A DNA stretch of 64,000 nucleotides from TPA_inf: Saccharomyces (taxonomy: Eukaryota). The notes beneath the pieces are model-generated. The model was not told the DNA's origin. It saw only the letters and a list, made by a program, of their open reading frames with translations, and made no database searches. The stretch covers positions 1 through 64,000 of the forward strand of contig BK006948.2 of assembly GCA_000146045.2 (NCBI GenBank), read 5' to 3'. Below, in pieces: positions 11,912-25,272 of the stretch (the stretch's first letter is position 1; each line of letters starts with the position of its first letter). Made by a program: the position numbers and the translations under genes.

Positions 11912-13997
11912 TATATTTGTTTTGTTTTTTAGTGCTGATATGAGCTTAACAGGAAAGAAAGGAATAAAAAAATATTCTCAAAGACATACAGTTGAAGCAG
12001 CTCTATTTATACCCATGCCTTCATCAGTCATCACTACTTAAACGATTTGTTAACAGATGCTCATTTATCACTTCACACCTTTCATGTTTCATCTTTCGCA
12101 CCATCTTCATCATTAAAAATAAGATGCACTTGTTCCTGAACGAGGCATGCATATATCATGAATTTCTTATGCGAAGGTATTGTTCTATGGTGCCTATGTG
12201 TATTCGTATGTGGGGGAAGTGAGAATGCCAATTGTAGGGGTGTCGAGATGTGCCTTGAAAAAACCCTTTTCGCGTGCCTGTGATGCTTCCATTTTGGTCA
12301 AAAAAAGAACGTCTGAATTGAACGCTCATTCAGAAGCTTATTGTCTAAGCCTTTATTCGGTGTTTTCTAAACGATCTCCATGGAAGAAATATTTCTATCT
12401 CTTGAAATCCGTACAAGATATCAGACGTGTGTCGGGAGTCGTATACTGTTGGGGTCTGCAAATCTGTGAACTCTCGGCGATTATCTTGGTGCAATTACGT
12501 AATTGTAGCCGCTGAAGGCGGATGGTATTGACAGAAGTTGATATTCAAAGAATCGTGTATGATAAAAATAAAACTGTAACCATTTCTTAGTGGCAGAATT
12601 AACTCTACACAGAGGGAAATATTTGATTCCGAGATGCAATCCCCCTTTTCTAGCCAGATATGAAGGAGAAAAGTGAAACGGCAATAGATAGCGCTACTTT
12701 ATTTTATTCTATTTTAAAAAAGTTCTCCAGGAGAAATACATTAATTATTGATACTCCTTGTAGCTTCTACGTCAAAAGAAATGTCTCTATCTTTATGGTA
12801 ACGGCTCACCGTCAGAGCTCAATTGTGCTTCTTGAATGTATTTCCAAAGTTCAACGTTTAATGATCTAGGCGACAGGGATTTCTTTGAGAACAAAAGGCC
12901 ACGAAAGCTCCGTTCAAAGAATGCCTGACAACCAGCCCCACTATAGAGAAACTCTTTTTTTTTTCTAAACCCATGAAATACAGTTCCTTTTCCATACCAA
13001 AAAATGAGGAAAGAAGCATGTGTTGGGAGTCGCAGGCAGTCGTAGAGGTTTACAATTCTAACCATTTTGTGATTCGTTGTAAGTCACCGTTCCATGGTAA
13101 ACGTATTCTTAATTCTGCTTTAAAAAACAGGCACATATGTTATCGCTCTGATTTTCGTCATCCAAAAACATATGATAGCAATAATTTACTACTCGTTGTT
13201 GTGTTGATATGGTTAAACCACTCCTTGGAAACACAGGCATAGAAAAAGTAGGACAGATTCTTCTTCATTATGATTTAACTTAACATAAACAGGGTTTTTT
13301 AAAAAGAATTTATTAATGTTGAAGATTTATATTGTATAACATTGGACGGTAGTCAGTATCGTTCAACTTATATAAAAATAATTAGAAATAAGTGAGACAA
13401 ACATAGGTTTATTGGTATCTGTCAGACTAACGATAAACTTAAGGTTTTATGAGGTTTGAAGCTTTCAATGCGTAAAACGATCCCAAAAAATACAGAAATT
13501 TGTATTGCATTCAAACATCATATCTAAAAATAACCAAAACAATTTTAATTGTGAAACAGTCACTATTAGCAAATTGATCAAGAGTTTCGACTGTAGAGCT
13601 TATCACCAAGTCAGTTTAATTCTACCGGGTCTGTATATGTACAATCTGAAGGGAATTATTACTGACAAAATCGTCCTCTTTTTATCACACTTGGTCTTTC
13701 GTAGTCCACAAGAAATATATGATTTTACTATGTGGTACTTTTTAAGTGCAAAAGGTACACGGGAGCTGGACACTCGCATATTTTTATAAAACTCTCTGTA
13801 GTTCTAAGCTTCTGATAAGAGCATCAGTACATCTGTTTTTATCGTATTATAGACACGATTTGAAATCTTTAAACTTTATTCGATTAGTTGATCCTGATGA
13901 TCATGGACCTTTACCATATGATCCAAAATAAAAATGAAAATTGAGTATAGAGGAATAAACAAACAAGTTATACGTCATAATAACTCAAGTAGAGATC

Positions 13998-14028
13998 AAA
14001 AAAAAAAAAAGAAAAAGAAAAAAAAAAA
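13998..14028. repeat. A-rich homopolymer tract, (A)13 G (A)5 G (A)11
   Basis: Seen directly. Confidence 0.9.
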
Positions 14029-14312
14029 CTTTACCTCATTGAGAACTCAGAATAGCTTGTATTTGATAGTCTTTTTATAAGAAGGATTTAAGAATTAAGA
14101 CGAAGATAATCTTCCAATCAGCAATTTTATCAGTGTGTGGGTGGGCATTCTGCTAAATACTCTTCAAGAATAAACATGCATGCACCAAGAGCTTTAATCT
14201 GTTTCTTAATAGAAGAAGTACTGGTATTTTAAAAATTAGCAATTCTAAAAACATTACTATTAGACATAAGGGGGTGATTTCTTTCTTGCACGATTCTATA
14301 TGACAGTTTTGT

Positions 14313-14654
14313 ATGGAAAATATAGCATTCATTTGTCTTCAGAGCTGCACAAGAGGTATATACGGCTGCCAATTTTATAGCGCTACATTGGAAAATTATC
14401 ATAACATATCATTTCCAATATTTCTATTGCAGACCACCTTATTTAATCACTGTATCTCTTTAAACTGGTCTAAAGCTGTGTTTAATCGTATTAAGAGGCG
14501 AAAGTACATGATGGAACTGAAAAAGCACTGTTACAATTACCAGGTGAGTAGGATAGGAAATCGGAAAAAAAATGGGTGCTTCTTTCTAAAAATGGCCAAC
14601 AACAGAGTTTTCTCAGTCAAAAATAGCCCAAGATTATTGCTCTTCTTTATATAA
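14313..14654 (+). CDS. Hypothetical 113-aa ORF (corresponds to YOL160W)
   Basis: ATG ORF; no domain; subtelomeric. Confidence 0.25.
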   Translation: MENIAFICLQSCTRGIYGCQFYSATLENYHNISFPIFLLQTTLFNHCISLNWSKAVFNRIKRRKYMMELKKHCYNYQVSRIGNRKKNGCFFLKMANNRVFSVKNSPRLLLFFI

Positions 14655-14772
14655 GATTGAATAAGCCATCACATAGATGCGTGCTTTGGTGACTTTTTTT
14701 TCCAGCTTTTATTTTAATACGTTCTTGCTTGTATACTATCCCACTTTATATATATTACCTAAACTTTATTAT

Positions 14773-15045
14773 TTAAAGCTCATCATGGTGGTCATGGCCA
14801 CCGTAACATTGATTATTAAAGCAGCATCCACTCTCAAATCCCTCTTTTTGGACAGCGCGTTTGGATCCACACCACTCTTCACAGCAAACATGACCATTCT
14901 TCTCTGTGCACGTTTTAATGCATGAATAGCCCTTTCCACCGCAATTGTGTGCAGATGAATAGCCGAGCGATTTACCGCAATCAGTACAACCTCCAGTCGA
15001 GATACGATACCTTGCGTTAAGACACCCTTTTCCTCTTTTTAGCAT
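14773..15045 (-). CDS. Small Cys-rich protein, 90 aa with 12 Cys and a C-terminal HDHHDEL (corresponds to YOL159C-A)
   Basis: ATG at 15043-15045 (minus strand); cysteine spacing CxxC...CC...C...CC...C; ends in HDEL. Confidence 0.45.
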   Translation of the reverse strand: MLKRGKGCLNARYRISTGGCTDCGKSLGYSSAHNCGGKGYSCIKTCTEKNGHVCCEEWCGSKRAVQKEGFESGCCFNNQCYGGHDHHDEL

Positions 15046-17280
15046 TTCTTGGTTGACTTGTTGGCGAAGAAAAGAAAAGTCGGCGTCAAGAATATTAATT
15101 TTGGTAACGTTTGTATCAAAGCCAATGGTAGTACCATTGAATTCAGTTATGATTAGATTGATAGTACCATTGGTTTGCTGTAAGTTTACTGAGTCGACAA
15201 CAGAGCTAGCATACGCATGAATCTCGGTCTGATTACTGTCGAGGGTTCCAGCATGAACGCAAGATTATACCGTCGCCAACAAGCTCATTAATATCGTGAC
15301 CATGTTTTTTGAATTCATCTTCATAATACAAAAGTAATCTCTTATTTTCTAGTGTCCTTTTGGTGATATGTAAAGTATAACAATATATCTTCTCTTCAAA
15401 CTGTGAAGGATTTAGAAACTTTATAAAGACAAAGTCGGAGAAATTCTCTTCACAATATACTGTATCCAGCCACTGCCCTGATAAATCGAGTTCACAGTAT
15501 TGCATATGTGCAGTGATTCCACAAATGGTATTGGTTTGGTCCCAAACTCGACAAAACAAAGAAACTAGCAGCGTATATATAGTACTTATTCTATGGGGCT
15601 ATTCATTTAATATTTAATCTGTCTGACCTGGCATTCTGCAAACTGTCGGTAGGAAATTACGCGATCAATAAAATTCCTGTTGATGGGAGGGAGAAGACAA
15701 GCGAACTCTACGCTTTAAGCAGAGCTGGTGGAAAAACACCATAATAATCCGAGGCAGCAGTTACGCTAAATGGAAAGAAATCGTTAAAAATAAGGGGCAG
15801 GCAGGTGTGCTGCTGAAAAGGTAAATGAAAACCAGTGAGTACACTTCTGCATGGATTTTTTTGGCAACAAATCAACGAAAAAAATACTCACAGCTTCCGA
15901 ATAAGACGGCTTTCCATCAGTATTATTAGAGAATTATGTGGCTGTAACCTTGCTGTTTTTACACTCGTTCCAAGTAAAAAATGCTCATCTTACCATTTTA
16001 GATAGAAAAAAAAAATCCTACCTGCCATTTCTAGTCAGCAGAATCTTTACAACATATTGCGAATTTTCTTCAATATTGGTTTATTTTAAGTGTTTGATAG
16101 AGTTTGGAGTTCAATAATTTACGCTTGATGCTTAAGTTATTTTTAGTAATGGCACGATAATTAATGCTGTTGTTACTCCCTTATATGATACTACGCGGTA
16201 AATCATCATTATACGGAAACCTTTAGATATAGTGCTGTCAACTGGAATTATTATATGGGAAATAACAATTTGTGCATTTTGCATTGAACAGCTCAGGAGA
16301 AGAATTAAGTGTAAATTTGGGAGTTTGCTTTCAAATCACCGCCCTGAAAGTGAAGCAACAATCTTGAAGCCTGCTGTATTGGAAGCATTGGAATATACGT
16401 CACTCCCTGAACATCTTGAATCTTTTTTTTATTGCTAGCTACAGCTTCAGTTAATTTTGTCACCTTAGACTACCAATTGTTTTATTTTGTATCTTTGGTA
16501 TGATAATCTTATTCCGTCTCGTATTATACTTGTCCTGTTATGATCTCTCGAAGCAAGTTCTAAGAACTTGTGAGTTTTATAATACTCCTAGGTTTAGCCA
16601 CTTTCCAAAGATAGAGCAATCTTTTTGGAATTGAAATGTCAGAGGGATGATTCTGACGATAGACATTTTTCTGATGAACTGTTGCGTACGCACGCATAAA
16701 AACAGTATAACTTTAGGTGGTAGCGGTAGTGTCGACTTTTATTGGAATGAGAATTAACTATCATATATCGACTAGTATCCATAGTACGTGTATATTATCG
16801 TATACAACGTAAGAAAGACATAAATATTGAGAAACAGTCAACGATTTTAGTAGAGGTTGAAACGCGAGGCTTGATAATTTCATGGGATAATGAATGACGG
16901 TATATAAAATGAAAGAAGATGTAATAATATTCATTATCATTCAAACTTTATCTCAGCCCATCCTCATCTTTTTCAGTACTGTATGTGAACTCGTCCACAA
17001 ACACCGTATAGCTACGTCCTCTTTCATTTTCAGGTATGTATCAGCTTCTTGCATCACGCCACCACTAGCACAACGAAAGTATACAATACAATGTCATTAA
17101 CCCTAGATGCTGTTGTTCCTCGATGTTGTGTATACATACATTAACTCGAAAGTGCGATGTTAATGATGTCCCAGTGCTATATAATAAATCTACAAACTAA
17201 AAAATCTTGATCACATCAACCAAAAATGTATCTTACTGCTAAATGTGTCATAAAAGGGTTCCAGTATCCTTACTACACCA

Positions 17281-17796
17281 TTATATAGAAGACTCTTTAT
17301 AATTTCTTCCGTCAGAATAATTACTTATCAATAGATTGTTTAACGTAGGAGGAGTTGGATGAGCGCAAGCATTTGTTGAGTTATTCGCAACTGGATGAAC
17401 ATAATGTCCTTCTTCATCATATACACGCATTACCAAATCCATTATATCTGTACAATAATCAGTCTCAGAATTATATGGCTCAGGTCCGTTATAAGTCGAT
17501 AGATCTAGGTTACTGTACTCATAAGAATCTGTAATAGCCTCCAACTCAACTAAGGTATCCCTATAAATCAAAGATTGCTGATCGCCGGGTTCAAACCGTC
17601 CCGTTCTAAGTGTTCTACCACTTTTATCAGAATAAATATCATAGTAAGATGCTTGGAATAGCCAGCATATTTGATTGTTTGTCATATTAGTTGGCAAGTT
17701 GAAAAATACTTGGTAACCGCTGGTGATATCAACATATGCGGAGCATAATGAGTACAATTGAGAAAAAATGCAAAATAAACCAAATAAGGGAACCAT
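17281..17796 (-). CDS. Protein of unknown function, 171 aa, hydrophobic N-terminal signal-like segment (YOL159C)
   Basis: ATG ORF MVPLFGLFCIFSQLYSLCSAYV...; matches YOL159C in length and position. Confidence 0.6.
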   Translation of the reverse strand: MVPLFGLFCIFSQLYSLCSAYVDITSGYQVFFNLPTNMTNNQICWLFQASYYDIYSDKSGRTLRTGRFEPGDQQSLIYRDTLVELEAITDSYEYSNLDLSTYNGPEPYNSETDYCTDIMDLVMRVYDEEGHYVHPVANNSTNACAHPTPPTLNNLLISNYSDGRNYKESSI

Positions 17797-18304
17797 TTTT
17801 TACTAAGCCTCTCTACCCTTTTAAAAATGGTTTTGACTTCAAACGCTTAGGAAGCAAACATGCTACTGCTATTTTTTGTCCAAAATTTTTATCCTTTATA
17901 GTTAATGTTTTTAGATATTGCGCGGATCCATTTAAAAGCAATTTTAGTTTGGTTACATAATGTTCAGACATGTATTTTAAAAGGTTAAGCGGCGTGCCTT
18001 AAAGCATTTTACTCCCGAGTTTGATTGACTCGCTTATGTTCATAGGTATATTAAACAAGAATTATGGAGAAAACAGTCTTTAACGTGTATTTTTAAATCT
18101 ATATACATAAACCGTAGGACGCGGCATTCGACTGCTTTGATAAGAATTCAAAAGTTAGTGTCCGGAAATCTATTTTTAGTAAAAGTAATAATGTTATTTG
18201 TACAGAGTATTGCAGAAGTTCTCTTTTAGAGTGTTATGAATTCATGAAATCGAATCTATAGCTTGCAATATAATCAATGCCATAATACTACTGTTGAAAT
18301 AGAG

Positions 18305-18650
18305 AATTTGGTGAATAATTGGATAATTGTTAGGATTTTCATTATTATTGAAGGCTATAATATTAGGTATGCAGGATATGCTAGAAGTTCTCCTCAGATA
18401 TATAGCAATTCATGAAGGATCGTCGATTATTCTATAGAATAGTATTATTACTTCACTTTCCATTTTATATGTTGTGATTCATTATCTTATTACATTCCTA
18501 ATTCTTGAGTGTCAGCTTTCACTAAATTTCATGGCTGTTTCTCTATCTTTATGTCGCCTTCACTTATTTCTACACTCCTCAAGATTAAGTATCTAATTTT
18601 TGTAGGAAAACGACACTGCAAAGAGTGGATCAATATATAATAACATGTTT
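18305..18650 (-). mobile_element. Degenerate solo delta-like LTR remnant
   Basis: ttgttaggattttcattattattgaaggctataatattaggtatgcaggatatgctagaagttctcctc... aligns block-by-block with the delta at 2894-3223 but with many substitutions and indels. Confidence 0.55.
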
Positions 18651-19490
18651 TAAATAAACGTCTACTTATGATGGAAAACATTAACTTGTGAGTTAGGATT
18701 TTTTGTATATGAGATATTTTAAAGAAAATTTAGTTCCAAAGGAGAAAATGACTTGCACAAAAATGACATGGGCAAAATACCTAATATTAAATGAGCTCTA
18801 TCTACAATCCGTGCAGCTATACATACTTTCACGCTTGTTATACATTAATCAGCGAACCATTATAAGTATGGGGCCACTAATATTTCATATATTCTCTGAT
18901 CTGAGACTGTTGGAGTCGATTTCTCGCACAATCAGCACTGGTTAAAATTTCGTGGGGTTACTGCTTCTTTTAAGTCGGTCAATGTTTTCTTCATTCTTTC
19001 GAACTTTGAATATTTTTTATGACGTCAATTATAAGAAGTATGAAAGTCAGGTTAGCAACAGCTAAAACTAAATAATAAAGGGCTCAAGCAGGCTTACGGC
19101 AGGTGGTGATTATATTTACACTACTAATTTTTTTTAATTCGTTTACGCTCTAGTAAAAGTTCTTCGCAACATTTTTTTTTATATTTCTTTATAAAAACTA
19201 CGGGAAATGACAGGTGCGAATAATCTCATTGATTTTTGTATTGTCAAGCCCATTTAAGACTATAATATTGCTGAAATAAACGTAACAAACGTATGGATAT
19301 TCACTTAGTTAGAAAAGAAAAATAAAATAAAACTAATTCGAACTTTTTGTTGTTTTTTATTTCAGACAACAATATTATACTGTTACACGCCATTATTGAT
19401 TACTACTTACATTAACAGTGATTATTTCAAAGAGAATTCTAGTTCAGGAAAGAGCTTAACACTATATTTGTATCGCTAGTACTCTCCAGC

Positions 19491-21311
19491 TCAATATCCA
19501 ATTACACGACGGAGCCATGATTGTTGTTTGATTTTGAGCTTCTCTTTCTCTCGTTCTTCTGCGGAAAGACTTTGCTTCTTGTTTACAGTAAAGCCACGCA
19601 AGAAAAAACAGAGAACAGCATTGAAAGCCGCAAACGAAATGGACACAATTATCAATAAGCGTTGAATCTTCGAATAGGATTCTATCATCTGAACACGAAC
19701 CTCTGATCCAATAGGGTATTTTTTTAGATAATTGAGTGGTGATTTGTAGATTGCCATCCCTAAACTAGAGCCGAGTCGCTGTATCAACTCCTTTGCCAGA
19801 CGCTGAGTCCATATAGCACCAGCGATGGAAGCACCTACTGCGTCTCCGATTTGATAAACGGACATTAGTAACCCAGTGACAGTTGCCATCTCATTGTGGG
19901 TGGTTGAAGCGTGCACTAGCGTCCACATAGGAAAACGTATCATACCACCAGCTATACCGACCACAATCTCAGCGCCAATAAGACCCGAAATCCCGTCATA
20001 TACCACCCTGTATTTGTACAAAAGACCCATTCCGATGACACCAAGAAGCGACCCAGCGACTACAAAGACTTTCGGATGAGGATAGAAATGCAGCATAATG
20101 CCGACAACAATATTAGTGCATGACTGTAGAAAATTGTAAAGCTGAGCTATCCGCTGCGCACTTAATGTTGATTCTCCGAATGCTACCATTAACACGGTGA
20201 CCAAATACTCTAACTCAATCTGCAAACCTAGACGCCATACAAATTCCATTAGCAATGCAACGTAGATGGTTGGATCACCTAGATATACTCGTGGGATAAA
20301 TGGATTCTTAGCAAATTTTAATTCCCAAATTAGAAAGATAAAACCTAAGCAGCCACCAACCACAATCATTGCAATAATGTGACCCTCTCTCCATTTGGAG
20401 GTGGCTCCACCAGCTATTGTGAGAGGTAATAATACTAAAACTAAGAAAGCAGTGAAAAGAATGACTCCAATTAAGTTTATGTCATCCGCAAATTTCCAGA
20501 GCGTTTGACGCAGGGTCTGTCCTTTTTCTTTCAATTTTAATGGTGGTAACTTACCGCTGCGCCAGGAAATGTACTGAGCATACACATAGGGAAGGACCAA
20601 TATTAGGGTGGAGATGGGCACAATGATGCAAAAAATTCCATAGCCCCAACGCCATTTATATGGTGCAACATTACCAGCAACTGAGCTAACAATATTTCCA
20701 CTTACCCATGTGTTTATAATCACGGGAATCAGAAATATGTTCATCGCAAATGTACGATCTCTCAATCCAGACAGATCACCAGTCAGTGCTGTAGCAAGAA
20801 GACGAAATCCAGAATAACCGAACTGTTGTATAACAATACCTGCAAAAAGTCCGGAAAACGTTGGAGTAGCAGCAGAAATAATTTCTCCAATAGTATAGAG
20901 CACAAGCGCAAAAATCCAGCATTCTATACGTCCAAACCGATCAGATATACGTGCGTATGGCACTGCGACAACAGAGGCTACTATTGATTTGACGGTATTG
21001 ATCGATCCTACTTGAGAATGCTTTCCAAAACTGTTAGCGGCATAGGTTTGTATTGATTGCGAAATCTGCCCTCCGAGTCCAGTACAGTAACCCTGCAAAA
21101 ACAGAGCCACCAGTAGGGCGGTCTTGAGTGAACTAAACGTAACTCCAAAAGCTGTGAAAGAGCTGTAGTCAGACAAGACCTTGTTGACAGCGTCTATACG
21201 GCGCAAGCCAGACGTGGTAGACTTCTCAACATTGCTATCTGTCTTTTCGCTGTAGCAGACAGTGCTTTTATCGTCTAAATTGTCATTCCTAGAGTGATCA
21301 GTTTCCAGCAT
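19491..21311 (-). CDS. ENB1: Enterobactin (siderophore-iron) transporter, ARN family MFS, 606 aa
   Basis: Translation [18 protein letters not shown]... with 14 TM-like segments matches Enb1/Arn4; the track ORF carries 8 extra residues from an upstream alternative start. Confidence 0.9.
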
Positions 21312-21441
21312 TTTCAGAGAGACATTCACGAGCACTTTTTTGCTATATTAGAGTTCTGCTAGGACCCAAACCATCATTTCAATTAAATAAGTCATCTCTA
21401 TTATCCAAACATAGACCCTTCGCCACTCAAAAGCCACAGAG

Positions 21442-21448
21442 GGGTGCA
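21442..21448 (-). promoter_or_regulatory. Aft1/Aft2 iron-responsive element (TGCACCC on the ENB1 sense strand), about -107
   Basis: gggtgca on the + strand. Confidence 0.6.
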
Positions 21449-21497
21449 ATTGTAAGCCGTGGCAGCCTCTATAATAGTATACATTTGTATCACATTT

Positions 21498-21504
21498 GGG
21501 TGCA
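21498..21504 (-). promoter_or_regulatory. Second Aft1 site (TGCACCC on the ENB1 sense strand), about -163
   Basis: gggtgca on the + strand. Confidence 0.6.
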
Positions 21505-22524
21505 ATAATTTAAACAGATTTTTGCAGTTGACTCAGGACTAAGGGCAATTCTTGCCCAAACTACGGAACCCTGTTTCTGATCCGAAGGGCTTATAATCCA
21601 TAGAAACCCTTACATTTGCTCACTGAAAACCCTGTGTCCTTATTTGGTATATATGATGCGAGGATTAAACGAAAACGGAAAATTTTAGGTTTGAGGGTCC
21701 CATTAGTTCAACTAAAAAAGAAAAACGAAAAAAAAAAAAAACAAAGTCAAACCATAAAAAGTTTTGAACTACAGAAAATGTAGGCTTGTCTATTCTCCTG
21801 AATTTGACTTTTTTTTTTTCTAACTTTTTCACACCCCTTCATTAACTAATTAAAACTGTCGTAGAATTTCCCTTCATTTTTATTCAGCCATCCTCAGTTA
21901 GGAACGATTGATACAGCCTTCATTCGTCATTTCGTGACTTGCATGTTGGATTGGAAAATTTGCTGGCGGAGCAAAGTCAAGACGTTCAGAGGGAATAGTA
22001 AATGAGATTGTACGAACCGGTGAATATATTTTGCTGGCTAGATTTTAAATGGCCATTGTGTTATTGCTCTATCAACATAAAAGAAAGTATATGTGTTTTC
22101 AGAATCGTAAAATTTGTGACAAACTAAAAATCAGTATCTTCATAAAAGTAGTAGAGACATTTCATAGGTACGTTCCGCCCTTAGATAAATGTGGCTGCAG
22201 TTCATAATGCAGTGTGTAGTAGAGATGATTCTGTTGATCATAAACAATAATATATAATTTCACTAGTACTTGTTCTTATATGCACATAACTCGCCGTATT
22301 ATCTGGCCAAATGAGCTATAGAGTAACCCTTCTCTCAGCATTATTATAATACAATACCAATGCAAGGACATATGGAAAATGCTACACAAAACTATACTTT
22401 AGTGTATTACATAACTCATACCGCACTACCAGATATATGTCGTTACTATTTAAAGTGCGGTATGTAACATAGATAAAAATAAGTATATGTATATGTATAA
22501 AAATCTTGTCGTCACAATCATCAA

Positions 22525-24294
22525 TCATTCAGATATGTAAATTCTGCCCTCCCATGGCTTCAATGTTCTGGAAGACGCATCAACTTCGCTTCTTGGGTAG
22601 TTTCCGAATTCCAACTTAAACGACGAGCTATTGTTTGGAATCGTGAAGTCAATCGAATCAGAGCTGAAGTTCAAAGCAGCAAACAATGTTTTGTTGTCGT
22701 ATTTCTTTGTGAAGCTGAACAGTTTCTTATTGTCCAAATCAATAAACTCAAAATCATATCCATATACAGTAATATCCTTGTGTGCCTTTCTAAATCTCAA
22801 GGCCTCCTTCCAGAAGTTCAAAACCGAGTTGGGATCCTTGGATTCGTCTTCAGCGTTAATTCCTTCCCTGAAAGACTCGTTCAAGTAAAACCATGGTTTA
22901 GCATTAGGACCAGAAAAACCAGCATTTGGCTCCTCACGAGACCATTGCATAGGTGTTCTAGCATGGTCTCTGGAAATAAGGGCAATTGCTTCCAAAAACC
23001 TCTTCATCTCCTTCGAGTTTTCTCCATGCTCTTCCTTGATCGCATCATAGTTATTTCTAACTTCGACATCCTCGTATTTTTCGATAGGCCAGTTCTTGAA
23101 ATTGATTTCACCCAGTTCCTGTCCTTGGTACACATATAGAGTACCGCTCAGTGACACCAACAACACAGACAACAACTTACCAGAAATAACACGGTTCTTA
23201 GGAGAATCGTCACCAAATCTGGTAATTGAACGAGGTTGGTCGTGATTTTCCAGATAAATTGTTGACCAACAATCAGTTCCGTTAACGTATCTGAAAAGTT
23301 CAGCAAGGGCAACCTTCCAATCCTTTAGTTCATATGGGATCAAATTTTGACGGAACTTGGGCGAAGTCCCGACATCAGTGTGGGAAAAGTTGAATAACTC
23401 ACTAAGTTCGTGTCTTGATGCACTTGTATACAACCTCTTGGTTTCATCAGTAGCATGTTGCATTTCACCAACTGTCATAATTTCTCTGCCATCCTTCACT
23501 CTGTTTCTGATGAACTTGTTCATTTCTTGATGAAACTCATGGATACGTGGTCCGTTCATTGTGAAAGGATCACTGGGTTGCCACTTTGAGTTTTCGTCAA
23601 TCACAGGAGCGTCTGGTAGACCAGCAACCTTGGAGTACAAGCTTCCCACATCAATTCTAAAGCCGTCTACACCATGGTCTAACCAGTATCCAACGGCACT
23701 TTCGTAGATTGCCTTTCTACAGTCCTCATTCTCCCAATTCAAATCAGGTTGGGTGGAGCAAAACAAACGCAAGTAAAACTCTTGTGTCTTTTCATCGAAC
23801 GTCCATGCAGAACCACCGAAGTAAGACCTCCAATTGTTTGGAGGAATTGGCTTGCCTTCGGCGTCATAACCCTTAGGAGGTCTCCAGAAGAACCAGTCAC
23901 GTTTTGGATTGGTTTTTGAGGATCTGCTCTCTTTGAACCATTCATGTTCGCTCGAGCAATGGTTGATGACTAAGTCGGTGATAAATTTCATACCAAGCTT
24001 ATGTGTCTTTTCGATCAAGGCAAAGCAGTCCTCGTTCGTACCGTAGGTTGGCCAGACCTTTTCGTAGTTGGCAATATCGTAACCCATATCATCTTGTGGC
24101 GAGTCGTAGAATGGTGAGATCCAAATGGCATCGGCACCAAGCTCTTTGATATACTCCAACTTGGAGGCAATACCCTTCATATCACCCCACCCATCGTTGT
24201 TGGAGTCTTTGAAACTTGCGGGATAAATTTGATAGATTGTGGCCTCTTTCCACCACTTGGGTTCTGTTTCTGGATGTGCAGAAGAAATAGTCAT
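22525..24294 (-). CDS. IMA2: Isomaltase / oligo-1,6-glucosidase, GH13 alpha-glucosidase, 589 aa
   Basis: [73 protein letters not shown]... has GH13 catalytic motifs; sits adjacent to an HXT gene, the subtelomeric IMA-HXT pair. Confidence 0.9.
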   Translation of the reverse strand: MTISSAHPETEPKWWKEATIYQIYPASFKDSNNDGWGDMKGIASKLEYIKELGADAIWISPFYDSPQDDMGYDIANYEKVWPTYGTNEDCFALIEKTHKLGMKFITDLVINHCSSEHEWFKESRSSKTNPKRDWFFWRPPKGYDAEGKPIPPNNWRSYFGGSAWTFDEKTQEFYLRLFCSTQPDLNWENEDCRKAIYESAVGYWLDHGVDGFRIDVGSLYSKVAGLPDAPVIDENSKWQPSDPFTMNGPRIHEFHQEMNKFIRNRVKDGREIMTVGEMQHATDETKRLYTSASRHELSELFNFSHTDVGTSPKFRQNLIPYELKDWKVALAELFRYVNGTDCWSTIYLENHDQPRSITRFGDDSPKNRVISGKLLSVLLVSLSGTLYVYQGQELGEINFKNWPIEKYEDVEVRNNYDAIKEEHGENSKEMKRFLEAIALISRDHARTPMQWSREEPNAGFSGPNAKPWFYLNESFREGINAEDESKDPNSVLNFWKEALRFRKAHKDITVYGYDFEFIDLDNKKLFSFTKKYDNKTLFAALNFSSDSIDFTIPNNSSSFKLEFGNYPRSEVDASSRTLKPWEGRIYISE

Positions 24295-24718
24295 TGTACG
24301 TTGCTTTCTTTTCTTTATGAAAAAACTTTCACTTTTGTTTGTGTGTTTGGACTGGTGAATGGAACATATATTCTAGTACAGCTAATTCCTCGAGTGAAGA
24401 AGTCTTTCTTACTTATATATGTCTTTTACGTGCCTATGGACGTCTTACGAATGATCGAAAATAAGAAAAGAACAAAGTAAATTTAGGATCTGGAAGGAGT
24501 GCTGTATGTAAACGAAGCTTTCAGTTTTAGGTAATGTTTGCACAACCTACATGATATAACATGGTATGTTCTGCAAGAGCGTGCCTGGCCCTTGGCCCGT
24601 TATAGCAGATCATACCATCTGCAAGCAGACCCCATTATTGCACTGCCTCCGCAATCTTGCGTATACGTAGTCCCACGACAAAGTACGAAGCGTAAACTGA
24701 CCTTGTTCAGTTCCCCAC

Positions 24719-24795
24719 AAAAATTACATAACCATTTCTCCGCGGAATTACATAATCATTTCTCCGCGAAAATTACATAATCATTTCTCCGTGCG
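24719..24795. repeat. Three tandem ~24-bp repeats (AAATTACATAAYCATTTCTCCGYG) in the IMA2-HXT11 divergent promoter
   Basis: aaattacataaccatttctccgcgg / aattacataatcatttctccgcg / aaaattacataatcatttctccgtgcg seen directly. Confidence 0.85.
24739..24746. promoter_or_regulatory. Perfect Pdr1/Pdr3 response element (PDRE, TCCGCGGA) inside the first repeat unit; a degenerate copy TCCGCGAA lies at 24763-24770
   Basis: tccgcgga seen directly, about -530 from the HXT11 ATG. Confidence 0.65.
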
Positions 24796-25272
24796 AGTTA
24801 TAAGTGCTTTTCTCGTGCATCCCTTGGCACTTCACAAAACCTTCTTTTTCTTTTTTTTCTTTATTTCAGGGGAAATCAGTGCAAAACTAAAAAAGAAAGA
24901 AATTTTGTGAAATGTAAACTCCAGGTGTCAAAAAATAAATTATATCCGTGGAAAATCAGGCGTCGGAAATTGTAGATGAAACCGCCTCCTCCACAATAAA
25001 TGCTGACCACACGAACAATGCATACACTCGGACACCTTCGTTCAAAGTATCAGTAGCAGTTCGACACACCGTATACTACTTAGCTCTTAAGGTCTAGGCT
25101 CATCTTTCTCAGTTCCTCTTTTTCGCTAATTAAAGGTATATAATGTCACAGTTGTGTAACTAGAGAAGAGCACACTTGTTCCTATCTTTTTCTTCTTCTT
25201 TTTTTGGTATGAGTTGAAAAAAATAATCATTGCACAATTTAGTTCTAAACGCTTTTGTTATTACTCAATATC

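Noticed and set aside
11912-19490. Numerous 60-110-aa ORFs in the PAU20-ENB1 interval (for example 12180, 12973, 13505, 14677, 15233, 16232, 16894, 18703)
   Set aside because: They are short and AT-rich, many lack an ATG (alternative-start artefacts of the ORF track), and none has recognisable motifs. Only YOL160W, YOL159C-A and YOL159C are retained, and with low confidence.
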